This document shows positions 57,447-64,000 of a DNA stretch of 64,000 nt, piece after piece. Location: positions 33,573 through 97,572 of the forward strand of contig JAZSHQ010000057.1 in assembly GCA_045533335.1 (NCBI GenBank). Reading direction: 5' to 3'. A program made the position numbers and the translations under genes. Each line of letters begins with the position of its first letter. Position 1 is the first letter of the stretch. Origin of the DNA: Eubacteriales bacterium (GTDB lineage: Bacteria > Bacillota > Clostridia > Oscillospirales > CAG-382). The notes beneath the pieces are model-generated. The model was given only the letters and a program-made list of their open reading frames with translations, did not search any database and had not been told where the DNA came from.

Positions 57447-58046
57447 TTAAAAATCCTTGTGTAATATCGGCGATATGCGTTTATAAATAAGTGCGGTTAT
57501 TAGCGAGCAGGCAAGCCCTTTTATAAGATTAAAGGGAACGGTTGCAAAGAGGATAAGGCTCGAAAGGTCGGAAATAGAGGAATTTACCTTGTTGCCCATA
57601 GCGATAATAGCTTCCATTTTAAAGCCCATAAAACGCACGTAGGCGGGAATCATAATATAATAGTTCACAAACGCGCTTACAATGGCGAGCGAAAGCGTTG
57701 CCGCCGCCATTCCGATCACTGCGCCCGAAAGGCTTTTTTTGCGCTTGTATATAAACGCCGCGGGGAGCGCGAAGGCAACACCCATTAAAAAGTTCGAAAG
57801 CTCGCCGACAAATGCTGTGTCGGTGCCGTTGATTATAATATTGAGCACGATTTTTATAAGCTCGGTCCAGACAGCCGCCATAGGTCCGAGCGCAAATCCC
57901 GCGACAAGCACTGAGACCTCGCTGAAATTAAGCTCGTAAAAGGCGGGCGCAAAGGGCAGCGGAAATTCCAGCAGCATAAGCAACGTTGCTATCGCGCCGA
58001 GGCAGGCGATTTTTGTTATATAAACGATTTTTCGCTTTTTTTGCAT
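57447..58046 (-). CDS. ribU: riboflavin ECF transporter S component
   Basis: ECF S-component topology. The start at 58046 follows GGAGGT. Preceded by an FMN riboswitch. Confidence 0.85.
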   Translation of the reverse strand: MQKKRKIVYITKIACLGAIATLLMLLEFPLPFAPAFYELNFSEVSVLVAGFALGPMAAVWTELIKIVLNIIINGTDTAFVGELSNFLMGVAFALPAAFIYKRKKSLSGAVIGMAAATLSLAIVSAFVNYYIMIPAYVRFMGFKMEAIIAMGNKVNSSISDLSSLILFATVPFNLIKGLACSLITALIYKRISPILHKDF

Positions 58047-58084
58047 AAAAAATAACCTCCGAATTATCTTCGAAGGCATAAAAA

Positions 58085-58228
58085 GGGCGCAAAAACACGG
58101 CAAAACGCCGTAAATGCATCTTCTTTTATCCGGACTTTGACCGTTGGTTTCGGAATTTCACCGAATCTTGCATAACGCTCGCGGACTTTACCGCCAATCG
58201 GGAATTGCACCCTGCCCCGAAGATATAT
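58085..58228 (-). ncRNA. FMN riboswitch (RFN element) with terminator expression platform
   Basis: Minus strand reads CTTCGGGGCAGGGTGCAATTCCCGATTGGCGGTAAAGTCCGCGAGC...GGTGAAATTCCGAAACCAACGGTCAAAGTCCGGATAAAAGAAG, followed by ACGGC-gtttt-GCCGTGTTTTT. Confidence 0.9.
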
Positions 58229-58330
58229 TACAAGCATATTATAATCATTATTAAGAATATGTCAATAGTTGATTTTGTTCGAAATTTGTGTTATAATTCT
58301 TTATCTCGCATATAAAAGGAGCTGAATTTT

Positions 58331-59131
58331 ATGAGCGAAAAGTTTGCGCACTTTTGCCTGAAACACAAAATTCTCGGTGCGGCGGTGCAGTTTTTCTTTT
58401 ATGTATTGCTGTTGAGCGGTTTCTGCTATATTTTTGATTGGTCTTGGGCGGTCTGGGCGATAGCGGCGGCAGTTCTTTTATATTTTTCGATACTTTCGGT
58501 GAATTTGGTGGTTTTGAGGATAACTCTGCCCGCTTTTAAAAAGCTTAACGATGAATGCGACCCATATCCGTTGTTGGCGGCGAGCAACGAGATTTTGAAA
58601 CACGCGACAGCCGATTCAGACAGAGTGGTTGCGACGATAAACCGTTGCGTGGCTCTTACCTACCTTGGCGAAGACGAAAAGTCGTTCGATGAGCTTTCGG
58701 GATTGGATATTGAATCCCGCAAAAGAATAATACCACAGAACAAATTGGTTTATTACAACAATCTCGCCAGCGCCTATATTGTATCGGGGGACGTTGCAAC
58801 AGCGAAAAAATGGCACGAGAAAAGCCGTGAATTTATTTCGGAAATAAAAAATAAGAAAAACAGGGCTCATTATGAGGACACGTTGAATTATACGTTCGCC
58901 GAGCTGCTTATTGCAGAGGGCGAATATGAAAAAGCAAAAAAATTGCTTGCGAGCGTTGATTCTACCACAAAAATGCGAAGCGTGACTCTTGCAATGGCTT
59001 CCGCAAAGATAAACATCGGGCTCGGCAGGATTGACAGAGCAAAAACCGACCTTGAATACGTTATCGCAACGGGAAACAAGCTTTGCTGTGTGACCGAGGC
59101 GGAGGAGATGCTTGCGAAGCTTCCGCAGTAA
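58331..59131 (+). CDS. hypothetical membrane protein with TPR-like C-terminal domain
   Basis: Two N-terminal TM helices followed by a helical repeat region. Confidence 0.55.
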   Translation: MSEKFAHFCLKHKILGAAVQFFFYVLLLSGFCYIFDWSWAVWAIAAAVLLYFSILSVNLVVLRITLPAFKKLNDECDPYPLLAASNEILKHATADSDRVVATINRCVALTYLGEDEKSFDELSGLDIESRKRIIPQNKLVYYNNLASAYIVSGDVATAKKWHEKSREFISEIKNKKNRAHYEDTLNYTFAELLIAEGEYEKAKKLLASVDSTTKMRSVTLAMASAKINIGLGRIDRAKTDLEYVIATGNKLCCVTEAEEMLAKLPQ

Positions 59132-59143
59132 AGATAAAAAATG

Positions 59144-59172
59144 TTGAAAAATCGTTGACCGCGTGATATAAT
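59144..59172 (+). promoter_or_regulatory. promoter TTGAAA-17-TATAAT with extended -10 TG
   Basis: 59144-59149 and 59167-59172, with TG at 59164-59165. Confidence 0.55.
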
Positions 59173-59200
59173 ACCGAAAACCCGAAAACGGAGGTTTTAT

Positions 59201-60562
59201 ATGAAAATCATAATCGTCGGATGCGGCAAGATAGGTACTTCGATAATCGAAAGCCTTGTCGGAGAGGGAAGCGACGTTGTCGCTGTCGACTCCTCGCCCG
59301 CCGTTATTGATGAAATAGGAAATATATACGACGTTATGTGCGTTTGCGGCAACGGCGCCGATACCGAAACGCTTGAAGAAGCGGGGGTTGCAACGGCTGA
59401 CCTTTTCGTTGCCGTTACCAATTCCGACGAGCTGAATATGCTCGCCTGCTTTGTGGCGGAAAGATTGGGCGCGAAGCACACGATAGCGCGCATACGCAAC
59501 CCCGAATATAACGAAAAAAGTCTTGACTTTTTAGGCAAGCAACTTGGTCTTACCGTTTCGGTAAACCCCGAATGGATGGTCGCAAAGGAACTTTACAACA
59601 TCCTTAAGCTCCCCGCGGCGGTGAATATCGAAAACTTTTCGGGCGGTAATTTAGAGATGGTCGAGCTGCGTTTAAAGCAGGAATCGATTCTCGACGGACT
59701 TTCGATTATCGAGCTTCGTAAAAAATACAACGCAAAGTTTCTTGTCTGTGCGGTGCAGCGGGGCGATGAGGTTTATATCCCCGACGGTAATTTTGTATTA
59801 AAAAGCGGTGACAGAATCGGCATAACCGCCTCTGCTTCCGAAATCCAAAAGCTTTTGCGTATGCTGGGCCTTATGCAGAACTCTGCAAAGAGCGTAATGA
59901 TATTCGGCGCAAGCAGAATTTCTTATTACCTTGCAAAACGACTTATAAACGGCGGAAGCCGTGTTGTGGTTATCGATAATAACGAGCAGGTTTGCGAGGA
60001 GTTTGCCGCAAAGCTTCCCGAAGCGGTGGTTATCTGCGGCGACGGAAGCGAGCAGGAGCTTCTGCTCGAGGAGGGCTTGGGCTCGACGGACGCGTTTGTT
60101 GCGCTTACGGGTATGGACGAGCTTAATATACTCGTTTCGATATTTGCCGAAAGCCAGAATGTGCCCAAGGTTATATCGAAGGTAAACCGAGCACCGCTTG
60201 CCGCAATGGCGGACAATCTGGGGCTCGATTGCATAGTTTCGCCTAAAAAAATAGTTTCGGATATACTTGCCCGCTATGCGAGAGCTATAAAGAATTCGCA
60301 GGGAAGCAACAGTATCGAAACGCTTTACCGCTTAATGGACGGGCGCGTTGAAGCGGTCGAATTTAACGTAAGCAAAGACTTTTTGGGGCTGAAAATTCCG
60401 CTTAAGGATCTGACTTTAAAGCCCAATACGATAATTGCAGGCATTATCCGCGGACGCAAAGCTCTTATTCCCGATGGTATGGACGAAATCCTTGTCGGCG
60501 ACAGAGTTGTTGTGATTGTTGCACAGCAACATCTTATCGACCTTAACGATATACTTAAATAA
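59201..60562 (+). CDS. trkA: Trk potassium uptake system NAD-binding subunit
   Basis: Two RCK_N/RCK_C repeats with MKIIIVGCGKIGTS. Confidence 0.93.
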   Translation: MKIIIVGCGKIGTSIIESLVGEGSDVVAVDSSPAVIDEIGNIYDVMCVCGNGADTETLEEAGVATADLFVAVTNSDELNMLACFVAERLGAKHTIARIRNPEYNEKSLDFLGKQLGLTVSVNPEWMVAKELYNILKLPAAVNIENFSGGNLEMVELRLKQESILDGLSIIELRKKYNAKFLVCAVQRGDEVYIPDGNFVLKSGDRIGITASASEIQKLLRMLGLMQNSAKSVMIFGASRISYYLAKRLINGGSRVVVIDNNEQVCEEFAAKLPEAVVICGDGSEQELLLEEGLGSTDAFVALTGMDELNILVSIFAESQNVPKVISKVNRAPLAAMADNLGLDCIVSPKKIVSDILARYARAIKNSQGSNSIETLYRLMDGRVEAVEFNVSKDFLGLKIPLKDLTLKPNTIIAGIIRGRKALIPDGMDEILVGDRVVVIVAQQHLIDLNDILK

Positions 60563-60574
60563 AGGCGGCTGTTT

Positions 60575-62023
60575 ATGAACCGTAAAATGGTATTTTATAT
60601 GTTCGGCCGCATCGGGCAGATAGTCGGCGGGCTTCTGCTTTTGCCCGCCATCGTCGCGCTGATATACGGCGAATATGTTCAGTTTTGGAGCTTCGTCGGG
60701 GTAGCGCTCGGGGCGGTTGCGATCGGCACGCTTATTTCGCTGTGCTGTCGAACGAAAAACAAGGTAATATATGCAAAAGAAGGCTTTGCGATAGTAAGCT
60801 TGGCGTGGATATGTATGTCCGCCGTCGGCGCACTGCCGTTTGTTGTAAGCGGCGAAATAGGCTCGTATGTCGATGCGCTTTTCGAAACGGTAAGCGGATT
60901 CACCACCACGGGAGCAAGCATACTGCGCGATATAGAGGCGATGAGCAAAAGTATGCTCTTTTGGCGAAGCTTTACCCATTGGGTCGGCGGTATGGGCGTG
61001 CTTGTGTTCGTAATGGCAATAGTTTCGAATATGACCGACCGTTCGATACACATTATGCGTGCCGAAATGCCGGGGCCTGTTGTCGGCAAGCTCGTTCCGC
61101 GCGGTCGCGATACTGCAAAGATACTCTATCTTATTTACATCGCGATGACGCTTGTTCAGATAATTTTGCTGTCTTTGGGCGATATGGACCTTTTCGAAAG
61201 CATCGTTCACACCTTCGGTACTGCGGGTACGGGCGGCTTTGGCGTAAAATCGGCAAGCATCGGCGCGTACAGCGATTATTCGCAAATCGTTATCGGCGTG
61301 TTTATGCTGCTGTTCGGTATAAACTTTAACCTTTATTTCCTGCTTCTTATCGGCAGATTCAAAACCGTGCTTAAAAGCACCGAGCTTTGGGCTTATCTTG
61401 CAATAGTAGCTTCGGGCATTACGATAATAACTCTTAATATCCTCCCGCAATACGGCGATTTTGGCTCTGCTTTAAAGGATTCCTTCTTCCAAACCTCGTC
61501 GATAATGACAACTACGGGCTACTCTACCGCGAATTTCGACCTTTGGCCTTTGCTTTCAAAAGGCGTGCTTATGCTGCTTATGTGTATAGGCAGCTGCGCA
61601 GGGTCGACGGCAGGCGGCTTAAAGGTGTCGCGCGTGGTGCTTCTGTTCAAGCTTGTTCTCGGCGAAATAAAGCGTATGCTCCACCCGCGCGCCGTAACCT
61701 CGGTAAAATTCGAAGGCAAGGCGGTGGACAAGCAGACCTTAAACAGCGTGCTTATCTATTTTGCGGTATATGTTTTCTGCGTTATTGCCGCGTTTCTTGC
61801 GGTAAGCTTCGAGCCGTTCAGCTTCGATACCAACTTTTCGGCGGTTATCGCAACCTTTAACAATATCGGCCCCGGCTTCGGCGCGGTCGGCCCGAACGGA
61901 AGCTTTGCGTATTACAGCGATTTTTCGAAGATCATCTTCTCGCTTGCGATGCTTATGGGCAGACTCGAAATATTCCCGCTTGTTATTGCCCTTTCGCCCT
62001 CTACTTGGAGAAAGAGCAGATAA
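60575..62023 (+). CDS. trkH: TrkH-family potassium uptake membrane subunit
   Basis: Polytopic protein with TrkH selectivity-filter-like motifs (SGFTTTGAS, GTAGTGGFG, TTTGYST). Confidence 0.93.
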   Translation: MNRKMVFYMFGRIGQIVGGLLLLPAIVALIYGEYVQFWSFVGVALGAVAIGTLISLCCRTKNKVIYAKEGFAIVSLAWICMSAVGALPFVVSGEIGSYVDALFETVSGFTTTGASILRDIEAMSKSMLFWRSFTHWVGGMGVLVFVMAIVSNMTDRSIHIMRAEMPGPVVGKLVPRGRDTAKILYLIYIAMTLVQIILLSLGDMDLFESIVHTFGTAGTGGFGVKSASIGAYSDYSQIVIGVFMLLFGINFNLYFLLLIGRFKTVLKSTELWAYLAIVASGITIITLNILPQYGDFGSALKDSFFQTSSIMTTTGYSTANFDLWPLLSKGVLMLLMCIGSCAGSTAGGLKVSRVVLLFKLVLGEIKRMLHPRAVTSVKFEGKAVDKQTLNSVLIYFAVYVFCVIAAFLAVSFEPFSFDTNFSAVIATFNNIGPGFGAVGPNGSFAYYSDFSKIIFSLAMLMGRLEIFPLVIALSPSTWRKSR

Positions 62024-62058
62024 ACGCTTTGTACCCATAAACGATAATTTCGTTTTTG

Positions 62059-62122
62059 TTATTAAAGGTTTTTGAAAAGAGAGTTCGAGGGAAAAACTTT
62101 TTGCAAAAAGTTTTTCCCTCGA
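62059..62122 (+). repeat. family 3 palindromic terminator-like element
   Basis: 15-bp stem GAGGGAAAAACTTTT/AAAAGTTTTTCCCTC with conserved 5' flank TTATTAAAGGTTTTTGAAAAGAGAG. Confidence 0.75.
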
Positions 62123-62136
62123 TATATTTTGCACAC

Positions 62137-62169
62137 AAAAAAGAGGACTTCAATCGAAGTCCTCTTTTA
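62137..62169. terminator. bidirectional intrinsic terminator
   Basis: AAAAAAGAGGACTTC-aatc-GAAGTCCTCTTTT. Confidence 0.8.
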
Positions 62170-62179
62170 TGTTATTCAA

Positions 62180-63679
62180 TTACTGAATGTCGTAGCTTTC
62201 GATGCACTTATCGATGTCGGTCTGGATAACTTCCTTCTTCGATTCGAACGAAGATACGATGTTGGTGCTGTTGGTAGCCATAAGGTCGTTGATCATCGAG
62301 CCGATGCCGCCGAAGTCGTAAATGATACCGAGGTCGTAAACAACGTTTTCGAATACCAAGTCGAGCATTTCGCCGGATTCATCATCGCGGAGGTCGCGGA
62401 ACTTAAGGGTGGTTTCGTAGTATGCGGGGGTGATGTGCTTCATACCGCCGAAGGACATAACTTCGAGCATAAATGCCGAGAATTCAGCTTCTTCCTTGGT
62501 GAGCGAGGTGGGGATAACTGCCGCGTAAGCGTATCTTGCGGAGCAGTAGGTGTAGTATGTATCCTGTTCCTCGGTCATAAGCGGGAAGGGAAGGATACCG
62601 AATTCCTGTGCGTCGTCGTAAGCACGGAGCTTCTTAATAGCCGAGAATGCGCTGGTTCTGAAGAGAGCGCGGTTCTGACCGAATACGTCGAGCGATACTA
62701 CCCAGATGTTGCTGCCGTCGTTAACGGTGTTGCAGTGGAAGCACCATTCGTCCTTAAGCTGAAGGTCCTGAAGGATCTTTTGGATAAGGGTGGTGGAAGC
62801 GGTGTCGTTAAAGGTGATTATGGGAAGGTCGTTCGAATCCTTGGAGATGTAGTTGTGACCGCTTGCGATATAGAACGCCGAAACGTCGCCCCACGAGGAG
62901 GACATACCCCAAGTGTCGGTGTAGGTCATACCTGTGGTACCGTCGGTGTCTGCGGTAACCTCGCGGCTCATTTCGATCATCTTATCAAAGGTCCAGGTCT
63001 TGTCCTTAACCATCTGGTAAAGGTCGGTGTCGGGGAAACGGCTCTTAAGGATTTCCTTGTTGAAGGTGATCGCGGTGGAAACGATCTTAGGCATGATCGA
63101 GATATCGCCGGTTGCGAAATAGAGTTTGTTGCCTATCGAGAGCGATTCACTTGCCGACTTATCCCACCAAGGCTGATCGAAGTGGAGATAGTTGGAAAAT
63201 TCGTTAAGATCCCAGAGGTAGCCTTCCTGTGCGAGGGTAGCTGCCGCGGGCATAAAGGGAAGTGCTGCATCGTACATACGGAGGTCGGAGGTGATATCCT
63301 CTTTAAGGTCCGCCTGAACGTCTGCAACGGGAACACCCTTAACGGTTACGCCGTATTTAGCAAGAATTTCGTCGTTTCTTCTAATAACAGCTTCGTTAAG
63401 AGATGCGTCTGTGGTGGAGTAGAGGTCGGGCTCTACGTCTTCACAGTAGTAGGTTGTCTGAACTTCGTCGGAATAGATGAGTACCGAAAATTCCTTGTAA
63501 TCATCGCCTTCCCACTTAAATTCGGGCATAGTTACGTAATCTTCGATGTTGTCTCCCTTGATTTCGCCTACGCTTGTTGCGCTGGATTCGTCTTCACCGC
63601 CGCCGCAGGCTACCAAAAATGCCGAGGTAGCGAGCATAAGAAGGCAGAGGAGCATCGAAAGAATTCTCTTTGCGTTCAT
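62180..63679 (-). CDS. ABC transporter extracellular solute-binding lipoprotein (paralog of 235..1725)
   Basis: Lipobox LVAC. Shares PWWDK and YYETTLKFRDLRDDESGEMLDL with the first SBP. Confidence 0.8.
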   Translation of the reverse strand: MNAKRILSMLLCLLMLATSAFLVACGGGEDESSATSVGEIKGDNIEDYVTMPEFKWEGDDYKEFSVLIYSDEVQTTYYCEDVEPDLYSTTDASLNEAVIRRNDEILAKYGVTVKGVPVADVQADLKEDITSDLRMYDAALPFMPAAATLAQEGYLWDLNEFSNYLHFDQPWWDKSASESLSIGNKLYFATGDISIMPKIVSTAITFNKEILKSRFPDTDLYQMVKDKTWTFDKMIEMSREVTADTDGTTGMTYTDTWGMSSSWGDVSAFYIASGHNYISKDSNDLPIITFNDTASTTLIQKILQDLQLKDEWCFHCNTVNDGSNIWVVSLDVFGQNRALFRTSAFSAIKKLRAYDDAQEFGILPFPLMTEEQDTYYTYCSARYAYAAVIPTSLTKEEAEFSAFMLEVMSFGGMKHITPAYYETTLKFRDLRDDESGEMLDLVFENVVYDLGIIYDFGGIGSMINDLMATNSTNIVSSFESKKEVIQTDIDKCIESYDIQ

Positions 63680-63718
63680 TGGTGCGTTTCTCCTTTATAA
63701 ATTTTCTTTAGGTACTAT

Positions 63719-63747
63719 ATTTTATCACACAATAAGAAGATTGTCAA
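63719..63747 (-). promoter_or_regulatory. promoter TTGACA-17-TAAAAT with extended -10 TG
   Basis: -35 at 63747..63742 and -10 at 63724..63719. Confidence 0.55.
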
Positions 63748-63755
63748 GACGGACA

Positions 63756-63790
63756 TAAAAAAGAGCCGTACGGACAAACCGTCGGCTCTG
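63756..63790 (-). terminator. intrinsic terminator of the upstream ACT-domain gene
   Basis: Minus strand reads AGAGCCGACGG-tttgt-CCGTACGGCTCTTTTTT. Confidence 0.75.
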
Positions 63791-63801
63791 TTGTGTGTAA
63801 T

Positions 63802-64000
63802 TTATCTTGCTATTACGCGGCGAACGCCGTTTATTGCAGAAATATCGGAGATAACTGCTTCGGTAATATTGTCGTTGGTATCGAAAATGGATACCGCATT
63901 GCTGCCCTTCGCCTGCGAAAGAAGCGATTCGATATTTACATTATCGCTTGCAAGCGCGCCCGAGATCTGAGTAATGATGTTGGGAATGTTTTCGTGAAGA
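63802..64000 (-). CDS. 3' end of an ACT-domain protein, probably D-3-phosphoglycerate dehydrogenase (partial)
   Basis: Hand translation gives LHENIPNIITQISGALASDNVNIESLLSQAKGSNAVSIFDTNDNITEAVISDISAINGVRRVIAR*, an ACT-domain pattern typical of the SerA C-terminus. The gene runs off the window. Confidence 0.6.
   Translation of the reverse strand, partial: LHENIPNIITQISGALASDNVNIESLLSQAKGSNAVSIFDTNDNITEAVISDISAINGVRRVIAR

Noticed and set aside
59132-59200. c-di-AMP (ydaO-type) or other riboswitch ahead of trkA.
   Set aside because: The promoter at 59144-59172 leaves a leader of about 25 nt, which is too short for an aptamer.

Overview
This is a 64 kb chromosomal window from a Firmicutes/Clostridia genome. 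A dockerin-bearing esterase, an SLH protein and ytvI suggest a Ruminococcus/Oscillospiraceae-like organism. It is mostly housekeeping and is densely packed with about 60 CDS. These include uppP, ftsK, rlmH, tcdA, rqcH, split transketolase, the conserved yggS-sepF-yggT-divIVA-ileS-lspA-rluD block, miaA, mnmA, rnhA, a dnaD/dnaC-like pair, murI, ddl, clpP, ackA, radC, trkAH and two orphan paralogous solute-binding lipoproteins. There is one tRNA-Ser(GGA) and one FMN riboswitch in front of ribU. Accessory-looking parts are a cell-envelope glycan cluster (22.6-34.2 kb), a low-GC cassette of two paralogous lipoproteins, and a small XRE island. I found no recognisable defence system, CRISPR array, transposase or prophage. 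The most unusual content is non-coding. Three families of repeated, highly structured intergenic elements occur, and two of them show compensatory base changes between copies. One copy is bracketed by a 66-bp duplication of a gene start. The tRNA-Ser locus also carries a duplicated tRNA 3' end plus terminator and a hairpin array. None of these elements matches an RNA family I recognise, and all need covariance-model, genome-wide copy and transcript confirmation.
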